Positions 56,201 through 64,000 of a stretch of DNA of 64,000 nt are shown piece by piece (positions within the stretch are counted from its first letter, which is position 1; each line of letters begins with the position of its first letter). The notes beneath the pieces were generated by a model. It was not told where the DNA came from. It searched no databases and was given only the letters and a program-made list of their open reading frames with translations. The DNA comes from Nitrosopumilus sp. (GTDB taxonomy: Archaea > Thermoproteota > Nitrososphaeria > Nitrososphaerales > Nitrosopumilaceae), in NCBI GenBank assembly GCA_965203315.1, contig OZ241857.1, forward strand, positions 1,792,001 through 1,856,000, in the 5' to 3' direction. A program made the position numbers and the translations under genes.

Positions 56201-58324
56201 GGTCAGGGTACAACAACTGGTTCAAGAGCCCTAGACATGGCCGGAACGAATCTTCCACTTGGTACAGTTAAAATCTATGTTCAAGTAAACGACCCAGACT
56301 ACAACTTGAATCCTACAGGCGAGGACAAGATCGAAGGCATGTCTGGAAACGGACCAGTCAAGATAACAGTCTCTCGCAGTGGTGATGAGTGTTTAATAGG
56401 TCATGCAGGTGGCACTACATCAGAGGCAAACGACGAGGTTAGTCAGTTGGAACGAAAGCGAGATGCCGCAAAAAAGGCACATGCTGATGCTACAGATCCT
56501 ACTGAAAAGGCTACAAAATATACCGAATATCTCTTGGCAGAGTTAAGGTACACTAATGCTCGAGATACTGGTACATGTGATCCAAAGAATTTGGGTGCTC
56601 TAACAGAGACATCTCCTGAATCTGGAGTCTTTGAAGTAAGCTTTGATCTATCTTACATAGATGGACCAAGTGGTAGTGACTGTCCAAGTAGAACAATATC
56701 TGACGGTACGACAAGCCGTACATGCATCCTACAAGGTGATATCCTCACCGTACAGTACAACGACACAACAGATGCTTCTGGTAACCCACGCACAGTCACA
56801 GACTCTGCTACCTTTGATCTACGAAACGGTGCTCTACAGACAGACAAGTCTGTATACGTTATAGGCTCGGACATGATCGTAACACTCATCGATCCAGACC
56901 TTGATCTAGACAGCGGTACACGTGAAACATATACACTTGATCTGATCAAATGGGACTCGGACGCAGGTACCAAGAATCTGAGTGAAGGTATATTCGATGC
57001 AGAACCAGGCTCTCTACGAGAGACTGGTCCTAGCACAGGTATCTTCCAAGTGGTCATATCTGTTCCCAAGGCCATAGACAACGACAGACTAGAACGAGGC
57101 GAAGAGATCAAGCTAGAATACACAGACTATGGACCATCAGGTGCAGACTATGTAGGTGATAATACAGAAGATATCGACAGAACGGTATTCACATCAAACT
57201 TTGGTGCTACAATAGAACTAGATCAAAGCGTATACAGTTGGACCGACAAGGTATTCATTACTGTAACAGCTCCTGATCACAACCTAAACACAAACCAAGT
57301 AGACGAGATTGGTGCTGATCCATATCCGGTACGTGTTGCTACAAGATCCGACGACATTAAAAACTACAAACTCGTAGAGACAGGTACAAACACTGGTATC
57401 TTTACAGGTGAAGTAATACTGACAGGATTCTCGTACGACGCAGACGGTGATGATTCCACAGGAGAAAACGGTAAAGACGTCACAGGTCGTACATGTGATA
57501 GATGTAACGGACCAACCGATGGACTATTACCAACAGACAACGACGACGGACTCGAGGTATCATTCGAGTTCTCTGACGACGAGACTGTACGCAAGTCTGC
57601 TCTAATCCGTTGGAACATTGGTGAAGTTCAGTGGCTAGAAGCAAGTTATCCTGCTACAGCTACAGGCGTACTACGTGTAATCGATCCCGACATGAACTTG
57701 AATCCAGAATCTGCAGACAACTTTGAGGTCAAAGTATGGTCTTCTAGTGCACCTAGTGGAATAACCCTTACAGTAACAGAGACTCAACCAGCAAGTGGTA
57801 TCTTTGAAGGTACTGTATTCTTTGGACTCTCTGTCCAATCAGGCGGTCACAAACTATCCACAGAAGAAGGAGACACAGTCACTGCAAAGTACAGCGACAA
57901 CACTCTACCTGCTCCGTACAATACAGGCGACTCTGAAGACATCACTGCAACCACCATAATAGGAACAATAGTACCTCCTCTAGAACGAGTAAAGATCGAG
58001 TCGTTGAGAATAGTAGACTCTACAGGTACAACACTCAGTACGGTATCAATAGATCAACAAGTCCAGATCACTGCAGATTTGACAAACACACAAGACAAAG
58101 ACCAACCATTTGCATACTTGGTACAAATTCAAGATAGCGATGGCGTTACAGTATCTCTGTCTTGGATTGATGGTTCATTGACACCATCTCAATCGCTTAG
58201 TCCATCTCAGTCTTGGATACCAACTGCATCCGGTGAATACACAATTACCGTATTTGCGTGGGAGTCGTTGACTATACCAACTGCACTATCTCCACAACAG
58301 ACAACAACAATAACTGTAAACTAG
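53297..58324 (+). CDS. S-layer protein copy 2, intact (1675 aa)
   Basis: Nitrosopumilus-type N-terminus MNNEIGRKTTSLILMTIMVAGGLTFAIP, repeated ETG.NTG.F.G motifs, C-terminal Q.FAYLVQIQD..G..LSWI.G...F.WES...P.ALS. Confidence 0.93.
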   Translation: MNNEIGRKTTSLILMTIMVAGGLTFAIPSMEPVYAQSTPNLYVSAADPNGYGTRFDNTFGGLQVVEVIVNDPLLTDENDAMPRVTINDDVKLNMTQAGDGAWYGYFADKGRDGNGDGDDTDLTSGYFITAATVQLALDGEVNYDGLYGSSEDSARYTGVGGFTDDNLVNNSPSKRGSTAKILSDDGNQIKYLDLDDGDDVKIVYQKAGNPQTVTLTYDKSKNNGIELDRNSYARDANVYITLIDHVLNVDPTSKDVWQFFLDVNSPSAPGAGTFPDDRVILATRNLSGGTNGWTHAQLGCDDNDCMLSIPNDSILRLDNDDDATNNPNNITFEETGPNTGVFEIRDNDGDTSIMTDDNAPRGQNSLITYSGNNVAVNLRLTTATVDLDVSDGTWNSGEKIDLAVVDADQNKDSDAEDDQKVSDPMSRIPTFMTGDPRTLMDSKDNSAYAYTQPGTSWQKYPIDPDDRTYIRDLDFRVDDSHRGILSWNGSNDVRDTEPLSLAGPASGFFIGGMIAIPLGTLEDLHGSINDDRSNKGNFTGRNLFNYDFGVFDTNNMRVDLNIHNSTGDVVYFGTLLDNSKSELSAYDTRSGLRDITGFMVEDRNNNELKYSLSSSEFLSKVGTSAQVTLGIIIKDGNGHATPSFTITEGKEYPIVADFFSYGFYDDGAQASERVANQIIRVEVEETGENTSTFTGTLEYIMINQLDMIVNDRSYMEGNNYPKTPYIFDSITPTGNEVKFIAFEDITGSDARVNYADIDSNGNMAVVSDQQDIATSSGVVSLNAETYSVGSNVVITLEDSDLNTDPDRADTYTVVMDSNHNDTDRDQVGMSVTNVAGIKYKSLLPGGKSLGMLLEVTIGGERWKSGACDLDNNIQNGLAKTGFTLQETGSSTGVFTGSFSIPKQVCNFNDDDTVNTRNPNTPTSGKDIGVTYLDFRDASGQIVTAGDSASIGASTGSVSLDRTVYPVPYGQGTTTGSRALDMAGTNLPLGTVKIYVQVNDPDYNLNPTGEDKIEGMSGNGPVKITVSRSGDECLIGHAGGTTSEANDEVSQLERKRDAAKKAHADATDPTEKATKYTEYLLAELRYTNARDTGTCDPKNLGALTETSPESGVFEVSFDLSYIDGPSGSDCPSRTISDGTTSRTCILQGDILTVQYNDTTDASGNPRTVTDSATFDLRNGALQTDKSVYVIGSDMIVTLIDPDLDLDSGTRETYTLDLIKWDSDAGTKNLSEGIFDAEPGSLRETGPSTGIFQVVISVPKAIDNDRLERGEEIKLEYTDYGPSGADYVGDNTEDIDRTVFTSNFGATIELDQSVYSWTDKVFITVTAPDHNLNTNQVDEIGADPYPVRVATRSDDIKNYKLVETGTNTGIFTGEVILTGFSYDADGDDSTGENGKDVTGRTCDRCNGPTDGLLPTDNDDGLEVSFEFSDDETVRKSALIRWNIGEVQWLEASYPATATGVLRVIDPDMNLNPESADNFEVKVWSSSAPSGITLTVTETQPASGIFEGTVFFGLSVQSGGHKLSTEEGDTVTAKYSDNTLPAPYNTGDSEDITATTIIGTIVPPLERVKIESLRIVDSTGTTLSTVSIDQQVQITADLTNTQDKDQPFAYLVQIQDSDGVTVSLSWIDGSLTPSQSLSPSQSWIPTASGEYTITVFAWESLTIPTALSPQQTTTITVN

Positions 58325-58331
58325 TTCAAAC

Positions 58332-58350
58332 TTTTTCTTTTTCTTTTTTT
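58332..58350 (+). terminator. Oligo-T terminator of S-layer copy 2
   Basis: tttttctttttcttttttt 7 bp after the stop. Confidence 0.65.
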
Positions 58351-58658
58351 ATATTTACATAATACAATATACACAATGCAGCTTATGCATGGCGATAGAT
58401 GTACACGACATTCCTGTTGATATCAGAGTATTCCACAATCAAATTTAGTCTAACTTGCGTACTCGAATATATCGACTATATCGACACTGGTATTCATAAA
58501 ACATCAAACCAAATACAAAAGCATCAGTGATATTCTGCTGAACAATCACAAGATATCAAAAGTTACAATCGTTAATGAACGACTGAATATTATCTCAAAT
58601 GATGATATGATCTGATACCATAACGATCACTTTAATTAAAATTATAGTAGTTTATTTT

Positions 58659-60356
58659 ATGTCTAATATGGCAACAATGACTGGCGCAAAAGCATTGATG
58701 AGCGCGATGGAGAATGAGGGTGTCAAACAGGTCTTTGGCTTACCTGGAGGCGCAAATCTTCCCATGTATGACGAGTTTGCACGATGTAACATTAGACATA
58801 TCTTGGTGCGACATGAACAGTCTGCAGCTCATATGGCAGATGGCTTTGGTCGCGTTAGCAGAAAACCAGGTGTGTGCTTTGCAACCTCTGGACCTGGCGC
58901 AACTAATATTCTTACTGGACTTGCAACTGCACAAGCCGACTCGGCACCAATGATCGCAGTTACGGGTCAAGTCCCCGTGGCTATGATCGGCAGGGATGCA
59001 TTTCAAGAGAGCGATATCATCGGCATGGCAAATCCTGTAGTAAAATACGCATATCAACCAAGAACTCCTGAAGAGATACCGGAGACGATTCGACAAGGAT
59101 TCTATATCGCAGAGACAGGAAGACCTGGCCCTGTACTGATCGATATACCAAAAGACGTACAACAGAACGAAGCCGAGATGGTATTTCCATACGAGTTTCG
59201 CATAGAAGGATATCATCCATGGACCGATCCTGATATTACTGCAGTAGAGCGTGCAATCGATATCTTGATGCACGCAGAAAAGCCAATCATATTAGCAGGT
59301 GGCGGTGCAATAATCTCTTCTGCATTTGCAGAACTACAAGCGGTCGCAGAGACGCTGATGTTGCCGGTTGTAACTACATTCAAAGGCAAGGGTTCATTTC
59401 CAGAGACCCATCCACTATCCCTTGGACCAATTGGAATGCATGGTCACGCAGAAGCTAACCGTATGATGACAGAAGCAGACTGTGTTTTAGCTATCGGTAC
59501 TAGATTCTCTGATAGATCTGTTGGCACATTTGCAGCGTTTGAGAAACGACTCAAGATAATACACATGGACGTCGATCCAGCAGAGATTGGCAAGAATCAA
59601 ACCGCACACTTGGCAGTAGTGGGAGATGTTAGAGCATCACTGAGAATAATGGTCAAACTACTCTTACAGAGATCTATAAAACGTTCTCAGGAATCGACGT
59701 GGATCAAACATGTCAAAGAGACAAAATCCTACTGGAAAGATAATCTAAAGATTCATCCAGGAGAGATGGGGGCAGCAAAGGTTTTACGAAAACTGCGAGA
59801 GATACTCCCTAGTAAATCGATCATCACAACAGAAGTTGGTCAACATCAGATGTGGGCATCGCTATTCTATGATGTTATTGAGCCTGGTACGTTCTTTAGT
59901 TCAACAGGGCTTGGAACTATGGGTTGGGGATTTCCGGCAGCAATAGGCGCCAAGGTAGCAAGATATGATGTACCTGTGATCGATATTGCGGGTGACGGTA
60001 GCTTTAACATGACAGAGAACTCGCTTGCAACTGCAGTACTGGAAGATATTCCCGTGATCGTATTTCTGATGAACAATTTTACGTTAGGTATGGTTGCACA
60101 ATGGCAACGAACCTTTTATGAGCGAAGAATGATTGGTGTAGATCAAGGCAAGTGTCCCGACTATGTGAAACTAGCCCAATCGTATGGTGCAGAAGGGATA
60201 CGCGCCGAGTCTATGAACGAACTTGAAAGTGCCATCAAGACTGCGCTTGGGAATAATGTTGCTACCGTAATTGACATTCCAATAGATCCAGAAGAAGACG
60301 TATTGCCATTTGTGGCTCCTGGTACATCACTATCGGAGATGATCCTACCATCATGA
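58659..60356 (+). CDS. ilvB: Acetolactate synthase large subunit
   Basis: FGLPGGA, RHEQ, TSGPGATN, GDGSF..N TPP motif. Confidence 0.96.
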   Translation: MSNMATMTGAKALMSAMENEGVKQVFGLPGGANLPMYDEFARCNIRHILVRHEQSAAHMADGFGRVSRKPGVCFATSGPGATNILTGLATAQADSAPMIAVTGQVPVAMIGRDAFQESDIIGMANPVVKYAYQPRTPEEIPETIRQGFYIAETGRPGPVLIDIPKDVQQNEAEMVFPYEFRIEGYHPWTDPDITAVERAIDILMHAEKPIILAGGGAIISSAFAELQAVAETLMLPVVTTFKGKGSFPETHPLSLGPIGMHGHAEANRMMTEADCVLAIGTRFSDRSVGTFAAFEKRLKIIHMDVDPAEIGKNQTAHLAVVGDVRASLRIMVKLLLQRSIKRSQESTWIKHVKETKSYWKDNLKIHPGEMGAAKVLRKLREILPSKSIITTEVGQHQMWASLFYDVIEPGTFFSSTGLGTMGWGFPAAIGAKVARYDVPVIDIAGDGSFNMTENSLATAVLEDIPVIVFLMNNFTLGMVAQWQRTFYERRMIGVDQGKCPDYVKLAQSYGAEGIRAESMNELESAIKTALGNNVATVIDIPIDPEEDVLPFVAPGTSLSEMILPS

Positions 60357-60844
60357 ATGCAACTTGGGCCATACTATCAATTGTGGTTGGGAACAAGCCT
60401 GGAATACTCTTCAAGATTACTCATCTATTTCGCTCACGAAACTTTAACATCGACAGTATATCTGTAGGCGTAACCGAGAATCCTGCATACTCTAGAATGA
60501 CCATCACCACATATGGAGACAAGCATCATATCGAGCAGATTGTAAAACAGCTAGACAAGATGATCGACACTGTATCTGTCAAACATTTAGACGAACACAA
60601 GACCGTATTTCGAGAGCTGAGCATTTTTAAGATAAGAGTGCGTAATGCTAATGATAGTATGGAGATAAACAAGATAGCAAACGCATATGGTGGCAAAGTT
60701 CATGATGCAAAGAGAGACTCTGTGATGGTAGAACTCACTACTACTCCAGATCAGATAAAGGCATTTGAAGAACTAGTATCTCCTTTTGGTATCATCGAGG
60801 TTGCTAGAACTGGGGTTGCAGCGCTAGAGAGGAGTGGGGCATGA
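60353..60844 (+). CDS. ilvN: Acetolactate synthase small subunit
   Basis: NKPGIL....LF..RNFNIDSISVG ACT domain, IEVARTG. Confidence 0.95.
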   Translation: MNATWAILSIVVGNKPGILFKITHLFRSRNFNIDSISVGVTENPAYSRMTITTYGDKHHIEQIVKQLDKMIDTVSVKHLDEHKTVFRELSIFKIRVRNANDSMEINKIANAYGGKVHDAKRDSVMVELTTTPDQIKAFEELVSPFGIIEVARTGVAALERSGA

Positions 60845-62355
60845 AGATTCGAATATTTGATACTACCCTACGAGATGGTGAACAGACACCAGGTGTATCA
60901 CTAACGCCTGATCAGAAACTCGAGATTGCACAAAGACTTGATGCACTAGGTGTAGACGCAATCGAGGCTGGCTTTCCTGTAATATCTGAAGGAGAACTAC
61001 GTGCAGTAAAGATGATAACATCAGAAGGACTAAGCTGTGAGATTGCAGGACTAGCTAGAACCAACAAAAAGGACATTGATGCAGCAATAGACGGAAATCT
61101 AGACTATATTCACACATTTATTGCAACATCTGATATTCACCTCAAACACAAACTCAAGATGAGTCGAGAGCAAGCTGTAGAGAAAGCAATTACAGCTGTC
61201 GAGTATGCCAAGTCGCATGGACTACGAGTAGAGTTTTCTGCAGAAGATGCGACGAGAACAGATCGTGAATTTCTAAAGACAGTATTTAGTGAGATTGCAA
61301 AAGCTGGAGCTGATCGAATAGATATTCCTGATACAGTCGGATACTCGACACCAGAGTATATGGCAGAGATCACGCGAGATGCAATCCAAGCCACAAATCT
61401 TCCTGTTAGTGTTCATTGTCATAACGACTTTGGTCTGGCTGTCGCAAATGCATTGTCTGGCATACATGCTGGAGCAACATGCGCTCATGTTACTATAAAC
61501 GGCATAGGCGAGCGCGCAGGTAACGCATCTCTTGAAGAGCTCGTAATGGCTCTGAATTCTCTCCCATACGAACAAAAGTACGAGACTAACATAAACACTA
61601 GACTGATCTATGACACATCTAGATTTGTATCAAAGTTGGTTGGAATCCAAGTTCAACCAAACAAAGCTATAGTGGGAAACAATGCATTTGGCCACGAGTC
61701 TGGAATTCACACACATGGTATTCTCAACAACCCTCTCACCTATGAGCCGATCAGTCCAGAACTTGTAGGTAGGAAGAGATGGCTACGCGTGGGAAAACAT
61801 GCTGGAATTCATGGAATGAACGCAATGCTAGATGAGTTTGGAATCAAACCCACTCTTGAACAGTCTAATGCAATCTTGGAACAAGTTAAAGAGCTAGGTG
61901 ATCAAGGCAAACCACCAACAGACGTAGAGTTGATATCTATTGCAAGTAAGATACTAGGTGATACTGGGATACGACGTATAGTCCAACTGACAGGTTTCTC
62001 GGTATCAACTGGAATTGGAACTATGCCTTATGCATTTGTAAAACTGAATATAGATGGTCAAGACTTTGTTGGGACAGACTATGGAGTGGGACCAGTTGAT
62101 GCAGCACTAAACGCAATCGAAGAGATCACTGGTAAAATATCAGAGATACGAATCAAAGACTATGGGTTAGCATCGATCAGTGGAGGATCTTCGGCACTAT
62201 GTGAGGTCACTGTAACTGTCGAAGATGTACACGGCGACACAATCTCTGCCAAGTCCATAGGTGAAGATATCGTAACCACTAGCGTCCAAGCGGTCATAGA
62301 CGCCATGAATCGAATAATGCTCAAAAAGGTAATCCAAGAGAGACAGCTCAGCTAG
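60841..62355 (+). CDS. leuA: 2-isopropylmalate synthase / citramalate synthase family
   Basis: FDTTLRDGEQ, HCHNDFG, GERAGNA, HESGIH, GPVDA; leuA versus cimA not resolved. Confidence 0.88.
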   Translation: MKIRIFDTTLRDGEQTPGVSLTPDQKLEIAQRLDALGVDAIEAGFPVISEGELRAVKMITSEGLSCEIAGLARTNKKDIDAAIDGNLDYIHTFIATSDIHLKHKLKMSREQAVEKAITAVEYAKSHGLRVEFSAEDATRTDREFLKTVFSEIAKAGADRIDIPDTVGYSTPEYMAEITRDAIQATNLPVSVHCHNDFGLAVANALSGIHAGATCAHVTINGIGERAGNASLEELVMALNSLPYEQKYETNINTRLIYDTSRFVSKLVGIQVQPNKAIVGNNAFGHESGIHTHGILNNPLTYEPISPELVGRKRWLRVGKHAGIHGMNAMLDEFGIKPTLEQSNAILEQVKELGDQGKPPTDVELISIASKILGDTGIRRIVQLTGFSVSTGIGTMPYAFVKLNIDGQDFVGTDYGVGPVDAALNAIEEITGKISEIRIKDYGLASISGGSSALCEVTVTVEDVHGDTISAKSIGEDIVTTSVQAVIDAMNRIMLKKVIQERQLS

Positions 62356-62365
62356 CTGATACATC

Positions 62366-63385
62366 ATGTACAAGATATCATTGATCACCGGAGACGGAAT
62401 AGGTCCTGAACTTGCCCAATCTGCTCATACCATACTAGATACAATCCATGATCACCTAGATGTAAAGTTTGATGTAATAGAGTTGTCTGCAGGTGATGCA
62501 GCACTTGCCAAGACAGGTAAAGCACTAGATGATGATACCATACATCAGATAAAAGAGTCATCTGCTTGTCTCAAAGCTCCTGTGGGGGAGAGTGCAGCTG
62601 ACGTCATTGTAGTACTACGTCGTATGTTTGATCTATATGCAAATATTCGTCCTGCAAAGTCATATCCAAACATGCCTGCATTGTACAATGACATCGATAT
62701 GGTCATAGTACGTGAAAATACAGAAGATCTCTATATGGGAAAAGAGTTTGATTTGGACGACTCTGCAGTTGCTCTGAGAATAATCTCCAAAGCTGCATCT
62801 ACTCGAATAGCACGGCGTGCATTTGAGATGGCTCAAGATAGATCAAAACGACGAGTTACATGTGTACACAAGGCAAATGTTATGCATAAAACTGATGGGC
62901 TGTTTGTAAAGGCATGCGTTGATGTCTCACAAGAGTATCCTGACATATCGTTTGAACAAATGTATGTAGATGCGTGTGCAATGAATCTGATTAGGCAACC
63001 TCAAAGATTCGACGTACTAGTTACCACCAACCTCTTTGGAGATATCCTCTCTGATGAATCATCTCAAGTTGTTGGAGGATTGGGTATGGCTCCTGCTGCA
63101 AATATAGGTGACGATTTTGCTCTATTTGAGCCAGTACATGGAGCTGCTTTTGATATTGCAGGATTGAATATCGCAAACCCATCATCATTTCTACTATCCA
63201 TAAAGATGATGCTTGATTGGCTAGGCGAGCGATATGACGATCAACGAGCAATTCAAGTTGGCTCATTATTAGAGGCTAGCATATATGATCTAGTAAAGAT
63301 TGGTATCAAGACCAAAGATATCGGTGGCGACAAAACGACAACAGAGTTTACATCACATGTGGTACATGAATTACGTGATCTTTAG
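62366..63385 (+). CDS. leuB: 3-isopropylmalate dehydrogenase family
   Basis: GDGIGPE, ANIRP, RENTE, NLFGDILSD, EPVHGAAFDIAG. Confidence 0.9.
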   Translation: MYKISLITGDGIGPELAQSAHTILDTIHDHLDVKFDVIELSAGDAALAKTGKALDDDTIHQIKESSACLKAPVGESAADVIVVLRRMFDLYANIRPAKSYPNMPALYNDIDMVIVRENTEDLYMGKEFDLDDSAVALRIISKAASTRIARRAFEMAQDRSKRRVTCVHKANVMHKTDGLFVKACVDVSQEYPDISFEQMYVDACAMNLIRQPQRFDVLVTTNLFGDILSDESSQVVGGLGMAPAANIGDDFALFEPVHGAAFDIAGLNIANPSSFLLSIKMMLDWLGERYDDQRAIQVGSLLEASIYDLVKIGIKTKDIGGDKTTTEFTSHVVHELRDL

Positions 63386-63387
63386 AC

Positions 63388-64000
63388 TCAACCCAGTACC
63401 AATCCGATATCCATCAGATTTGTATGTGTGGGACCAGTGATTATGTTCTCTTTACGCTTTTGAAAGAATCGCGCAGAGTCACTGTTTCGTATATGCTCTT
63501 TTATGATATCACGATCTGTTGGAATGTTCTGTGTTATTGCGCCTGCAAAGGTCGAGTTACCATCTATTCCATCTGTACCCATTGCCGCAATAACTAGACG
63601 TCGTAGACTTTGAGTATTCTTTAGTAGGCGTAGCACCAACTCTTGATTTCGTCCTCCTGATCCTTTACCTAAAACTCTAACCGTCGTCTCGCCTCCAAAC
63701 AGCAGACACTCGTTTGTATCTGCTGGAATGTTGTCGATGATCTTTGGTACCGCATCCTTGATATTTCCAAATATCTGAATCGAACTTGTTCTGTAGCCTT
63801 TGTCTGTAGCTCTTTTGTGCATCTCGTTTATACAATCTGCATTTCTCGCAATAATTCTACAAGGTATGCTCTCTGATATCTTGTAGTTGTCTCTACTCTT
63901 CAAGATGTCTATGACACTATTAGGCATCTTGTTTGTGATATCATATTTGTACATGATATCTAGAGCATCATTGTGTGTTGTGTTGTTCATGTGTGTGGGA
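63388..64000 (-). CDS. Glycerate kinase (MOFRL family), 5'-truncated by window edge
   Basis: GGETTV, GGRNQE, GTDGIDG, TGPTHTNLMD. Confidence 0.9.
   Translation of the reverse strand, partial: PTHMNNTTHNDALDIMYKYDITNKMPNSVIDILKSRDNYKISESIPCRIIARNADCINEMHKRATDKGYRTSSIQIFGNIKDAVPKIIDNIPADTNECLLFGGETTVRVLGKGSGGRNQELVLRLLKNTQSLRRLVIAAMGTDGIDGNSTFAGAITQNIPTDRDIIKEHIRNSDSARFFQKRKENIITGPTHTNLMDIGLVLG

Noticed and set aside
13227-58324. Diversity-generating retroelement as the source of S-layer variation
   Set aside because: No reverse transcriptase, and differences are block-like with indels rather than adenine-specific

Overview
Archaeal chromosomal DNA, most likely a Nitrosopumilaceae-type thaumarchaeote. 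This is inferred from rpl40e, rpl2, gatDE, cdc48, trmI, V/A-ATPase F, dnaK-dnaJ-grpE, ilv/leu, sat/cysH and a Nitrosopumilus-type S-layer N-terminus (MNNEIGRK..SL.LM.IMVAGG). The main accessory signal is a pair of divergent S-layer genes (13227-18515 minus, 53297-58324 plus). They share a 52-bp identical start, differ over a ~340-aa N-terminal segment, and are almost identical over the 3' 3.8 kb. Only the left copy has a clear TATA box, and a 358-bp IS1595-type element interrupts it. The right copy is instead preceded by a 35-bp sequence that recurs exactly, with no S-layer gene behind it, at 12952-12986. This geometry suggests a one-promoter, multi-site invertible S-layer switch; no recombinase is visible in the window, so this is a hypothesis. 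Also present: a 2411-aa surface protein with four identical 687-bp repeats behind a TATA-G13 promoter, and a phage-like annealing-protein candidate. There are two MITE families, a DUF499/DUF1156/SNF2 restriction-like island with three lesions (IS, nonsense, G9 frameshift), a GmrSD-like gene, a frameshifted HNH nuclease, tRNA-Gln(TTG) and tRNA-Leu(CAG). All alignments were done by eye.
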